In this document: positions 48,329-59,677 of the stretch, piece by piece
How positions within the stretch are numbered: the stretch's first letter is position 1
Layout of the letters: each line of letters starts with the position of its first letter
Assembly (NCBI GenBank): GCA_910584635.1
Contig: CAJUBA010000001.1
Span: 330,520-394,519, forward strand
Length of the DNA: 64,000 nt
Source: an uncultured Christensenella sp.
Lineage (GTDB): Bacteria; Bacillota; Clostridia; Christensenellales; UBA3700
Direction of reading: 5' to 3'
Position numbers and translations under genes: made by a program
Notes under the pieces: generated by a model
Seen by the model: the letters and a program-made list of their open reading frames with translations, nothing else
What the model was told of the DNA's origin: nothing
Database searches by the model: none

Positions 48329-48373
48329 AAAAACGACGTATACGCACCCTGTAATAAGGTGTGTGTATACGTC
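48329..48373 (-). terminator. rho-independent terminator immediately after tRNA-Ala
   Basis: GACGTATAC..GTATACGTC (9 bp plus extension), followed on the minus strand by T5. Confidence 0.75.
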
Positions 48374-48378
48374 TCGTG

Positions 48379-48454
48379 TGGTGGAGATAAGGGGATTCGA
48401 ACCCCTGACCTATACGTTGCGAACGTATCGCGCTACCAACTGTGCTATATCCCC
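48379..48454 (-). tRNA. tRNA-Ala (anticodon CGC)
   Basis: The reverse complement is GGGGATATAGCACAGTTGGTAGCGCGATACGTTCGCAACGTATAGGTCAGGGGTTCGAATCCCCTTATCTCCACCA. It has a G3:U70 pair, anticodon loop TTCGCAA, a TPsiC GGTTCGAAT, and encoded CCA. Confidence 0.92.
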
Positions 48455-48527
48455 GTATTGATTTGTTTCGATATTGTAACCGATTTCAGCGATTATTGTT
48501 TTGCCGTAAACGGCGTCGCAGGCGGCA

Positions 48528-48602
48528 TGGTGGGCAATATAGGATTCGAACCTATGACTTTCTCCACGTCAAGAAGACACTCTCCCTCTGAGTTAATTGC
48601 CC
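48528..48602 (-). tRNA. tRNA-Val (anticodon GAC)
   Basis: The reverse complement is GGGCAATTAACTCAGAGGGAGAGTGTCTTCTTGACGTGGAGAAAGTCATAGGTTCGAATCCTATATTGCCCACCA. It folds as a cloverleaf with anticodon loop TTGACGT and has encoded CCA. Confidence 0.92.
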
Positions 48603-48674
48603 GCAAAATGTTGCTTCCGGTTTCATTTTTGCGACTGCATAAAATCATGTAGGCATTACCGAGTTACATAAATA

Positions 48675-48703
48675 ATAATAAAACATTTTAATTACGTTGT
48701 CAA
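48675..48703 (-). promoter_or_regulatory. candidate promoter for the tRNA-Val/tRNA-Ala pair
   Basis: On the minus strand: TTGACA, a 17-nt spacer, then TATTAT, about 70 nt upstream of tRNA-Val. Confidence 0.45.
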
Positions 48704-48709
48704 TCGTTT

Positions 48710-49852
48710 TTAATTCTCTGTCATAACTTCTTTTACGGATATTTTATTGATTTTCACAGTATAGTAAATCAATAAAACAAGATAAGATATTATAAACAAA
48801 AATAGCGTGATAAAGAAAGCCTTGACGTCGAACGTATAATCAGGAATATACTCCACTTCTTTGAAAACCAAATTAAGCATTATTTTGAGAAGTCCGTATT
48901 GATAAACCGTCCCTACAGCAAAGCCTATCGTCGCTATCGGAACATAACCGCCCAATACGCAAACCGCGCAAGCCCTGACCGAATAACCGAACGCTTTCAT
49001 AACCGATATATTCTTTTTATTGGAATTTATCAGAGTCGTAATAGCCATGAAAGCCGTAACTATAGCAATTACTAATCCGATGACCAAGATAATATTTCCC
49101 ATAGTCTTTGCCGCGAATTCTTTCATGGAAATTCCCATCTGTATCATAGCGGAAAAACAAAAAGCGGCAAACGCGACAAAAAACGCAAGCGACTTTTTGC
49201 CGTTTACGGTATTGATTGCCATTTGCAACAAAAACGGTCTATCTTTCTCCGCTTTTGCGTTCTCTTTTACCTTAACTTTCGATTGTCCGCCCTTAACGAG
49301 TTTAAAAACAGGACGCTTAAGCGCGAAATACGCGTATAAACATGAAAGCGCGATAAAAAGCAACGTCGGTACAACAACCAATGCAAAAAGCAATTCGATA
49401 TGAAAATTCGCCGTTATTTCCTCTACGCCTTCTATGGTCATATTCTTATATATAGTCTTCATTATTGCCCAAGCAAGTCCGAAACCGACCGCGCACCCCG
49501 CAAACACCGACAATCCGAATACCCAAAACTTACTCGCAATCTTTCCGCGAGAATACCCCAACGCCTTAACGATTCCGAGTTGAGCGGAATGCGAATCTAT
49601 ATAAAGTTTTATATAAAATATGAGCATCAACACGCTTATTATTGACAAAACTCCGCCGGCTAGCGAAGACGTCAGTTTGGCAGTTGCAATTTGAGCGTTG
49701 TAAAGTTGTATTGTACCCTGATCTGTCAAAGAGTCTTTAAGCGGCAATAAGTCTATATAATAATTGAGCATAAACGTACAGACGAATACGGTGCAACAAG
49801 ACACGACGGAAATACCAATGAGTTTAAGTCCGTCCTTCAAACCTACTACCAT
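48710..49852 (-). CDS. ABC transporter permease (FtsX-like)
   Basis: 380 aa, polytopic. Immediately downstream of the MacB-type ATPase gene. Confidence 0.8.
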   Translation of the reverse strand: MVVGLKDGLKLIGISVVSCCTVFVCTFMLNYYIDLLPLKDSLTDQGTIQLYNAQIATAKLTSSLAGGVLSIISVLMLIFYIKLYIDSHSAQLGIVKALGYSRGKIASKFWVFGLSVFAGCAVGFGLAWAIMKTIYKNMTIEGVEEITANFHIELLFALVVVPTLLFIALSCLYAYFALKRPVFKLVKGGQSKVKVKENAKAEKDRPFLLQMAINTVNGKKSLAFFVAFAAFCFSAMIQMGISMKEFAAKTMGNIILVIGLVIAIVTAFMAITTLINSNKKNISVMKAFGYSVRACAVCVLGGYVPIATIGFAVGTVYQYGLLKIMLNLVFKEVEYIPDYTFDVKAFFITLFLFIISYLVLLIYYTVKINKISVKEVMTEN

Positions 49853-49853
49853 A

Positions 49854-50534
49854 TTACCACCCGATTTCGTAAGCGGATTTACAATTTTCGTTTTTGTATA
49901 TTTCCACTATCTTTCCGCTGTTCATTCTGATTACTTTCTCCGCCATTTCCGCGATATTCGAGTTGTGAGTAACCATTACCGCGGTAAATCCTTTTTCTTT
50001 TTGCAATTGGCTTATATAGTTCAAAATCTCTCTGCCGGTATTCTCATCCAGCGCGCCCGTAGGCTCGTCGAGAAATAAAACGTCAGGCTCTTTTGCCAAC
50101 GCTCTCGCAATACAAACTCTTTGTTGTTCTCCGCCCGAAAGCGCGAAAGGCTTGCGCGATAATTTCTCTCCCAACCCGACCGCTTTAATTATATCTTTGT
50201 AATTCTTATTCTGCGCAAGGTCCGCGCCAAGTTTAACGTTTGCGTCAACGCTAAGGTGCGAAAGTAAATAATATTGCTGAAAAACATACCCTACATGTTT
50301 TTTCCTAAACAAAGTAAGTTGCGCATCGTTAAGATCGTTTAGACATTGAGCGCAACACTCAACGTTTCCTCCGTCAAATTTTTCCAATCCTGAAAGAATA
50401 TTCAGCAACGTAGATTTACCCGAACCCGACGCGCCTAATATTACAGTAAACTCCCCGTCTTCTATTTCAAGCGAAACGCCTTTCAATACTTGCGTAGAGC
50501 CGTAAGACTTTGTTACGTTTTCCGCCTTAATCAT
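49854..50534 (-). CDS. ABC transporter ATP-binding protein (MacB/LolD-like)
   Basis: Walker A GASGSGKST, signature LSGGEQQR, Walker B LFLDEPTGALD. Confidence 0.9.
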   Translation of the reverse strand: MIKAENVTKSYGSTQVLKGVSLEIEDGEFTVILGASGSGKSTLLNILSGLEKFDGGNVECCAQCLNDLNDAQLTLFRKKHVGYVFQQYYLLSHLSVDANVKLGADLAQNKNYKDIIKAVGLGEKLSRKPFALSGGEQQRVCIARALAKEPDVLFLDEPTGALDENTGREILNYISQLQKEKGFTAVMVTHNSNIAEMAEKVIRMNSGKIVEIYKNENCKSAYEIGW

Positions 50535-51108
50535 AATTGCCCTCCGACTTCAATTTGCCTAATAATGACGTAAATACCTGCGTTAACATTTCCGAGATTT
50601 GTTGCTGAGTGAAACGGCATACGTTTGTAGCAGTCAAAACGGCTATTCCGTGAGTATAAACCCACAGATGAAAATACAAATCCGTCGCGCATTTTCTATC
50701 GACGAAATATGAGTCGCGAATAGAAGATATAATTTGCTCGTAATGATTTTCTATGCCTTTAAGCACGCTTTCTTTATCGTTGAATTTTGAACGCTCTTTC
50801 ATAAACAAAAGTTGAAACAATCTGGGATGTTCGCAAGCATATTCGATATACGCTTTTCCCACTCCTTTGAAAGCAATATTTTCCCCAAGTCCTTTTACGA
50901 CATACTCTCCGTAAAGCGCGTCGGCGTACTCTAGAACGGAGCGAGAAACTTCGTCCATACTTTCGAACAAAGTAAAAATCGGTCTTGCCGAACTTCCCAG
51001 TTCCTTTCCCAAAGAACGAGCCGTAAGCATTTCAATACCTTCTCTCTCGACAATACTTACAGCCGCTTTGATTATATCTGATTTTTCAAACTTTGCTTTA
51101 GGCGGCAT
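50527..51108 (-). CDS. TetR/AcrR-family transcriptional regulator
   Basis: 193 aa with an N-terminal HTH (GIEMLTARSLGKELGSSARPIFTLF). It overlaps the ATPase start by 8 nt. Confidence 0.85.
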   Translation of the reverse strand: MPPKAKFEKSDIIKAAVSIVEREGIEMLTARSLGKELGSSARPIFTLFESMDEVSRSVLEYADALYGEYVVKGLGENIAFKGVGKAYIEYACEHPRLFQLLFMKERSKFNDKESVLKGIENHYEQIISSIRDSYFVDRKCATDLYFHLWVYTHGIAVLTATNVCRFTQQQISEMLTQVFTSLLGKLKSEGNYD

Positions 51109-51215
51109 AATACTCTCCTTATCTAAAACACTTGTTTTACAACATTTGTTTTATTATACTGCAAAGAAATCGATATGTCAAATGAGTATTATTAAATTTT
51201 TCTTTGCAAAGAAAA

Positions 51216-51557
51216 TTAAAAAGATTTCCCGTTGTGTGTTACAGAGATTCCCAACATGACCGTTTCTTCGTCGGTGTCGTTCCAAACCGCATGAGGTATG
51301 GTTCCGTCGACGAGATACGATTGGTCTTTATTTAAGATTATTTCTTGCTCTGATAAAGTTATTCTTGCCCTACCCTTAACTACGATAAATAAATGGTCGT
51401 GAGCGTGCGTATGTTTACAGGACGGACCGCCACCGCTCGGCGCTATATAGGCGATTGCTCCGTCTATAATCTCGCCGATATTGTCGAAAAGTTTTTTCGC
51501 TTTGAAATTTATATGATTAGGGGGCGTGATAAAATCTTTTTCCATAATTATCCTCAA
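51216..51557 (-). CDS. cupin-domain protein
   Basis: 113 aa. Motifs HTHAHDHLFIVVKG and GTIPH. Confidence 0.75.
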   Translation of the reverse strand: MRIIMEKDFITPPNHINFKAKKLFDNIGEIIDGAIAYIAPSGGGPSCKHTHAHDHLFIVVKGRARITLSEQEIILNKDQSYLVDGTIPHAVWNDTDEETVMLGISVTHNGKSF

Positions 51558-51594
51558 ATTATAAAGGACGGTTTGTTAACCGCCCTTTGTGTTT

Positions 51595-52968
51595 TTAATC
51601 TATTTTCGGCAACGTGTCGAAGCCTTTTTGCAAATCCTCGTCTGTAGGAATATAGTCGCGCATATTGCCCGCGAGATACTCGGAATAGGCTTTCATGTCA
51701 AAATAACCCGTACCGGTCAAGCCGAAGAGAATTGTCTTTGCCTCGCCTGTTTCTTTGCATTTCAACGCTTCGTCTATTGCGCCTTTGATAGCGTGCGCAG
51801 ATTCGGGAGCAGGCAAAATCGTTTCGTATTTAGCGAACTTAACTGCGGCGTCAAACACTTTCGTCTGTTCATAAGATACCGCTTCCATATATCCGTCGTG
51901 ATAAAGTTTGGACAGTATCGGCGACATTCCGTGATATCTCAATCCGCCGGCATGGTTTGCAGACGGAATAAATCCGCTGCCCAAAGTATACATTTTTGCA
52001 AGAGGAGTAATTTTGCCGGTATCGCAGAAATCATACGCGTACTTACCTCTTGTAAGCGACGGACATGATGCGGGTTCGACTGCGACAAATCTCGTATTGG
52101 GTTTTGTACCGTTGAGTTTATCTTGCATAAACGCGCCTATAAGCCCTCCCAAATTGGAACCGCCTCCGGCGCAACCGATTATTACGTCGGGATATTCTCC
52201 GAGAATTTCCATCGCTTTTTTGCTTTCCAAACCTATTATAGACTGGTGCAAAAGAACTTGGTTAAGCACGCTTCCAAGCACGTATCTGCAATTTTTTGTA
52301 GATACCGCTTTTTCTACGGCTTCGGATATAGCGCACCCGAGCGAACCGGACGTGTTTGGATTTTCTTCAAGAATCTTTCTTCCTACGTTCGTAGTATTGG
52401 ACGGACTGGGAATTACGTTGCCGTCAAACACTTGCATAACCGCCTTTCTGAAAGGCTTTTGTTCGTAAGAAACCTTAACCATGAATATATCAAGCGGAAG
52501 TCCGAAATAAGAACACGCTTCGGACAAAGCGGTACCCCACTGTCCCGCGCCCGTTTCGGTAGTCAGAGATGTAAGTCCCTGATCTTTAGCGTAATACGCC
52601 TGAGCAATCGCGGAATTGAGTTTATGACTTCCGGAAGTGTTGTTCCCCTCGAATTTATAGTAGATCTTTGCCGGAGTTTCCAACGCTTTTTCGAGATTGT
52701 ACGCTCTGCAAAGAGGAGAAGGTCTGAATATCTTATACATATCAAGCACTTCTTCTGGAATATCTATATATCTTGTGGTCGCATCCAATTCCTGATGAGC
52801 AAGTTTTTTACAGAAAATCGGATATAATTCTTCTTCGGTAACGGGTTTTCCGGTCGCCGGGTTGAGCAAAGGAGCGGGTTGCTCTTTCATATCCGCTCTG
52901 AGATTATACCATTGCGTAGGCATCTGCTCCTCAGTCAAATAAAATCTGTGCGGTATTTTCTTTTCCAT
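51595..52968 (-). CDS. trpB: TrpB2-type tryptophan synthase beta-like PLP enzyme
   Basis: 457 aa. The N-terminus IPHRFYLTEEQMPTQWYN and the extended length are typical of the TrpB2 subfamily. PLP Lys context GSHKLNSA. Confidence 0.85.
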   Translation of the reverse strand: MEKKIPHRFYLTEEQMPTQWYNLRADMKEQPAPLLNPATGKPVTEEELYPIFCKKLAHQELDATTRYIDIPEEVLDMYKIFRPSPLCRAYNLEKALETPAKIYYKFEGNNTSGSHKLNSAIAQAYYAKDQGLTSLTTETGAGQWGTALSEACSYFGLPLDIFMVKVSYEQKPFRKAVMQVFDGNVIPSPSNTTNVGRKILEENPNTSGSLGCAISEAVEKAVSTKNCRYVLGSVLNQVLLHQSIIGLESKKAMEILGEYPDVIIGCAGGGSNLGGLIGAFMQDKLNGTKPNTRFVAVEPASCPSLTRGKYAYDFCDTGKITPLAKMYTLGSGFIPSANHAGGLRYHGMSPILSKLYHDGYMEAVSYEQTKVFDAAVKFAKYETILPAPESAHAIKGAIDEALKCKETGEAKTILFGLTGTGYFDMKAYSEYLAGNMRDYIPTDEDLQKGFDTLPKID

Positions 52969-52990
52969 TTATGTGTCCTCCTGTTTTTAT

Positions 52991-53245
52991 AAAAAAAATC
53001 TTGTCCCGATATTATTGGGACAAGATTCCGCTTTACGTTGTCTTGTTTTAGCCACCCTAACGCGCCATCACGCGTCTTCCCACTAACGAGGGGATTCCGT
53101 CAGACATTACTCTGCCCTCAAAAGTCCATTCGCTATCTTGAAACTCATTGCATCTCACCAACTGCAATTCTCTGTAAAGTCCCGACCGACAGTTACTCTT
53201 CTTTATCCACGGTTTTGTGAACTGAATCACTATTTTGTTGTTTAT
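52991..53245 (-). promoter_or_regulatory. T-box leader, probable Trp specifier (UGG)
   Basis: On the minus strand: stem I AGAGA and TTGGTGAGA motifs, specifier context GAA-UGG-A, T-box core TTAGGGTGGC, then the terminator ATCTTGTCCC-9 nt-GGGACAAGAT followed by T8 (52991-53027). Confidence 0.75.
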
Positions 53246-53251
53246 ACCAAT

Positions 53252-53280
53252 ATATTACGCTCGTAAAAGTCGTTTGTCAA
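53252..53280 (-). promoter_or_regulatory. promoter of the Trp T-box operon
   Basis: On the minus strand: TTGACA, a 17-nt spacer, then TAATAT. Confidence 0.6.
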
Positions 53281-53333
53281 CAAATTTTTATAAATTTTTC
53301 AAAAAACTTATCGCGATATGAAATATGATTATA

Positions 53334-54914
53334 TCAAACGCCCGAATCTCCGTAGTTGGACAAAACTCTTGCGGACGGGTCGTCGACGTCGCAGCCTTTC
53401 CACGATTTATTAGGCATCCAAAAATCGACTACCATCTTTGCTTGATCGGGATAATACTTTTCGAATATTTCTCTGTACATAAGACTTTCTTTTGTAAACG
53501 GCATAGCATGATAAGAATATTTCTTTCTCCTCTGTTCAAAATCTTCGTCGGTATACAACGTCGACGCGTATTCCTTTATACAGTCTACCATAGAGTGTCC
53601 GACCGCGTCGGAAAACGCCGCTTTTTCTCTATACAGTATACTGTTTGGTAAATAATCGCCCTCAAAAGCCTTTCTGAGCAAATACTTACCCTTGTTGTAT
53701 ATATTGAGTTTTTTGCTCGGGTCTATAGACATAACGTACTTAACAAAATCAAGATCTCCGAAAGGCACTCTCGCTTCCAAAGAGTTTTCCGAAATACATC
53801 TATCCGCTCGCAAAACGTCGTACATATATATTTCCTTTATTCTTTTGACCGATTCTTTTTGAAACTCGTCGGCGGAAGGCGCGAAATCGGTATACTTATA
53901 ACCGAAAAGTTCGTCGCTAATCTCGCCTGTAAGCAAAACTCTAACGTCGGTTTGCTCATGTATCGCTTTGCATATTAGATACATGCCAACGCTCGCTCTT
54001 ACGGTGGTAATATCGTACGTTTCCAAAACGCGAACTACTTCTTCTATCGCTCCGATAGCGTCCTCTTTCGTAATTATTATTTCTTTATGGTCGCTTCCTA
54101 TATAGTCGGCTACTTCTTTTGCATATTTGAGATCTATCGCGTCCTCGCTCATACCTACGGCGAAAGTCTTAATAGGCTTTTTCAAAATTTTGCTTGCGAC
54201 TGAACAAACCAAGGAACTGTCCAATCCTCCTGAAAGCAAGAATCCTAACGGCGCGTCGGCGTCAAGACGTTTTTCAATACCTAGCGAAAGTTTTTCGCGA
54301 ATTTTAGTAAAAATTTCAGGCAATTCGTCGCGCGAATATTCCTTGACATCTGTAATATCGCAATAACGCGTAAATTTGCCGTCTTCGTAATAATATCCCG
54401 GCGGAAAAGGTCGAACTTCTTTGCATATAGCGACAAGGTTTTTTGCTTCGCTTGCAAAAACTATCTTACCGCTGTCTGAATATCCGTAAAACAACGGTCT
54501 GATTCCTATAGGATCGCGCGCCGCTATCAATCCGTCTTTTTTTGAATCGTAAATAATCATAGCAAATTCGCTGTCAAGAGTCGCGAACATTTTCGTACCC
54601 ATTTCTCTGTAAAGCGGAAGAATTATTTCGCAATCGCTGTCCGACTTAAACTCGTATTTACTTTTAAGCGATTCTTTTATTTTTCTGAATCCGTAAATCT
54701 CGCCGTTGCATACGGCGTAATCTTTATCCAAAGAAAAAGGTTGCATCCCCTCTTGGCTCAAACCCATTATCGCCAATCTGTGAAATCCCAAAATTGCGGA
54801 ATCAAGTTGAACAATCCTCGTATCGTCAGGACCTCTCGAAACCGTTTGCTCGAAAGATTTTTCAAACTTTTCAAGCGTGATGTCTTTGCCGTCATACCCC
54901 ATAATAGAACACAT
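53334..54914 (-). CDS. asnB: asparagine synthase (glutamine-hydrolysing)
   Basis: 526 aa with an N-terminal Cys2 Ntn amidotransferase domain (MCSIMGY) and the PP-loop LLSGGLDSS. Confidence 0.92.
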   Translation of the reverse strand: MCSIMGYDGKDITLEKFEKSFEQTVSRGPDDTRIVQLDSAILGFHRLAIMGLSQEGMQPFSLDKDYAVCNGEIYGFRKIKESLKSKYEFKSDSDCEIILPLYREMGTKMFATLDSEFAMIIYDSKKDGLIAARDPIGIRPLFYGYSDSGKIVFASEAKNLVAICKEVRPFPPGYYYEDGKFTRYCDITDVKEYSRDELPEIFTKIREKLSLGIEKRLDADAPLGFLLSGGLDSSLVCSVASKILKKPIKTFAVGMSEDAIDLKYAKEVADYIGSDHKEIIITKEDAIGAIEEVVRVLETYDITTVRASVGMYLICKAIHEQTDVRVLLTGEISDELFGYKYTDFAPSADEFQKESVKRIKEIYMYDVLRADRCISENSLEARVPFGDLDFVKYVMSIDPSKKLNIYNKGKYLLRKAFEGDYLPNSILYREKAAFSDAVGHSMVDCIKEYASTLYTDEDFEQRRKKYSYHAMPFTKESLMYREIFEKYYPDQAKMVVDFWMPNKSWKGCDVDDPSARVLSNYGDSGV

Positions 54915-54928
54915 AAAGCGTACCTCCG

Positions 54929-55195
54929 AAAAAAATTACAGCACTCATCCTTATTTTAGGACGAATGCTGTTTTCCGCGGTGCCACCTAACTTATCGATA
55001 AGGGTATATCGATCACTTTCACTTTCTGACAAAAGCATCGGCTGTAACGGGCCTTCCCGTCGCCCCTACTCCCGCAATTACGGTTTGGGTTTGCGCTCAT
55101 TAGTGTTATTCGTTACACTCTGCGATCGGGCTTCCACCATCCCCGAATCTCTGCGCGCAGTCGGTTGCAACTACTTCTCTAAATCACTGCTCATA
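54929..55195 (-). promoter_or_regulatory. T-box leader, probable Asn specifier (AAC)
   Basis: On the minus strand: AGAGA and ATGGTGGAA stem I motifs, specifier context GAAU-AAC-A, T-box TTAGGTGGCACCGCGG (54975-54990), and the terminator AGCATTCGTCCT/AGGATGAGTGCT followed by T7. Confidence 0.8.
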
Positions 55196-55200
55196 TTTTG

Positions 55201-55229
55201 ATTATATGACGGTTGTTTTCCGCTGTCAA
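55201..55229 (-). promoter_or_regulatory. consensus promoter of the asnB T-box leader
   Basis: On the minus strand: TTGACA, a 17-nt spacer, then TATAAT. Confidence 0.7.
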
Positions 55230-55260
55230 CGATTTTGAAAAATTTTTTTGATTTTTTTAC

Positions 55261-55290
55261 AAAAATAAGAGCGGCTACACCGCTCTTATT
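55261..55290 (-). terminator. rho-independent terminator after lacZ
   Basis: AATAAGAGCGG-ctaca-CCGCTCTTATT followed on the minus strand by T5. Confidence 0.8.
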
Positions 55291-55306
55291 CAATTCGCAT
55301 TAAAAT

Positions 55307-58369
<3,063 letters not shown>

Positions 58370-58510
58370 CTAATTAACTCATATTATGGATATTATATCA
58401 TAATTATATGGACTTTTCAAGCGCAAATAACTTATTATAAATATTATAATTTAGAAGAATTAGAAAGAATGTAAATAGTAAATTAAAACTTATTATATTT
58501 CAAGGTCAAA

Positions 58511-58963
58511 TTATATTAAATTTATTATCTCTAATCCTATTTTTCTCGCATACTTTGCAACATTTTTTGCACCGCTATGACTAATCCTTTCATCAACATA
58601 ACATATTAAAGTATCGCAACATTCAACCATTTTTTGATTACTGACAATTATTTGTCTTTTATAGTGTTCCTCTTCAATTTCGTACATGCAAGTTTTTATA
58701 TCTGAATACGAAAAAATCTCAGCACATTTTTTTATTGCGTTGTAACTTGTAAATGCAACCTCAATCTCAATTGATTTGATTTCTCTTTTTAATTCTAAAC
58801 AAACGCTTAATGCCAAGTCGTCAAATTCTCCATGCATCCCCATTGTAAAAAAATTACATCCGTTAACAATTTCTTTTTTAACTATTTCTTTTAATTTTTT
58901 TCTTAATTTATCATTTGAACATAATATATTTCTATGCCCTATAAATGCTACTCGTCTTCCCAT
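58511..58963 (-). CDS. SLOG-fold protein (DUF1273/YpsA-like)
   Basis: 150 aa. VAFIGHRN...FFTMGMHGEFDDLALSVCLELK...CDTLICYVD..HSGAKNVAKYARKIGLEIINL fits the YpsA-like SLOG pattern. Confidence 0.6.
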   Translation of the reverse strand: MGRRVAFIGHRNILCSNDKLRKKLKEIVKKEIVNGCNFFTMGMHGEFDDLALSVCLELKREIKSIEIEVAFTSYNAIKKCAEIFSYSDIKTCMYEIEEEHYKRQIIVSNQKMVECCDTLICYVDERISHSGAKNVAKYARKIGLEIINLI

Positions 58964-58978
58964 TGTATACCTGAATAC

Positions 58979-59093
58979 GGTTGTTTATACAACCATATTA
59001 GCACGTTTTTATAAAATCAGGCAACTGTTTAGGGTTGTAATTTTTCACTCGGCAAAAAATACTAATTGATACAATATAGTTGTTAATACAACC
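58979..59093. promoter_or_regulatory. palindromic operator candidates in the SLOG/XRE divergent region
   Basis: GGTTGTTTATACAACC (58979-58994) and AGTTGTTAATACAACC (59078-59093) are identical at 14/16, and each is a 6-4-6 or 5-4-5 inverted repeat. A GGTTGT half-site lies at 59033-59038. Confidence 0.55.
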
Positions 59094-59109
59094 CTATAGG
59101 AGTAATGTT

Positions 59110-59352
59110 ATGAAAATAAGCACTGCGGTAGCAATGAGAATAAGTAATATTTTGATTCAAAAAAATTTATCACAATATAGATTGGAAAAAATAATTGCTA
59201 TGCCGCATAATACTATGAAAACTCTTATGGGCGAACGTAATAAAAGCGTTAATCTTAAAACTGTTATGCAAATTGCACGCGGACTTGACATGACTCTTTC
59301 CGAGTTTTTTAATGATCCGATTTTTGAAAATTCAGATTTAGAAATAGACTAA
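59110..59352 (+). CDS. XRE-family HTH transcriptional regulator
   Basis: 80 aa starting at the ATG after a TAGGAG SD. LSQYRLEKIIAMPHNTMKTLMGERNKSVNLKTVMQIARGL. Confidence 0.8.
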   Translation: MKISTAVAMRISNILIQKNLSQYRLEKIIAMPHNTMKTLMGERNKSVNLKTVMQIARGLDMTLSEFFNDPIFENSDLEID

Positions 59353-59404
59353 TATTTAATTTATTATTAACATCAATTTAGCGAATTTTTCGCTATAGCG
59401 ACGT

Positions 59405-59576
59405 ATTACATTAGATATTTCGACTACGCTACGCTCCGCTCAATATGACGGGAAAGTTAACAAAGTCCGTCTTCTCTCCCGTCATTTCGACCGTAGTGGA
59501 GAAATCTAGTCTAATTTAGAATCCGCTTTAAGTCCGACCAAAATCGTATTAAAACGTAGATTTTGCGTTTGGTCGG
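59405..59576. repeat. inverted arrangement: truncated repeat head (59405-59424, minus), 29-nt module, hairpin, then degenerate repeat unit (59496-59576, plus)
   Basis: ATTACATTAGATATTTCGAC is the reverse complement of the unit head GTCGAAATATCTAATGTAAT. ATGACGGGA..TCCCGTCAT form a 9-bp stem. The unit GTGGAGAAATCTAGTCTAAT...GTCCGACCAAAATCG..GTAGATTTTGCGTTTGGTCGG follows. Confidence 0.65.
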
Positions 59577-59590
59577 GATATTTAAGCGTA

Positions 59591-59677
59591 GTCGAAGAAT
59601 CTAATTTAATTAAGAATCAGTATAAAATAAGAGTCCGACTAAAATCGAAACGAAGTGTAGATTTTACAACTGGTCGG
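59591..59677 (+). repeat. 87-nt repeat unit, copy 2
   Basis: GTCGAAGAATCTAATTTAATTAAGAATCAGTATAAAATAAGAGTCCGACTAAAATCGAAACGAAGTGTAGATTTTACAACTGGTCGG. Confidence 0.85.

Noticed and set aside
44107-48373. Prophage or integrative element next to the tRNA genes
   Set aside because: There is no integrase, recombinase, phage structural gene or conjugation gene, and no att-like duplication of the tRNA 3' end was visible by eye. It is reported only as a possibly decayed accessory block.
48251-48652. 133-aa plus-strand ORF
   Set aside because: It is antisense to two well-formed tRNA genes (Ala-CGC and Val-GAC) and their terminator.
53201-53211. Isolated DnaA-box-like 9-mer TTATCCACG
   Set aside because: It is a single 8/9 match inside the Trp T-box leader with no neighbouring boxes. 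It is probably coincidental.
53038-53220. 60-aa ORF, and likewise 54965..55201 (78 aa)
   Set aside because: Both lie antisense inside the T-box leader RNAs of trpB2 and asnB.
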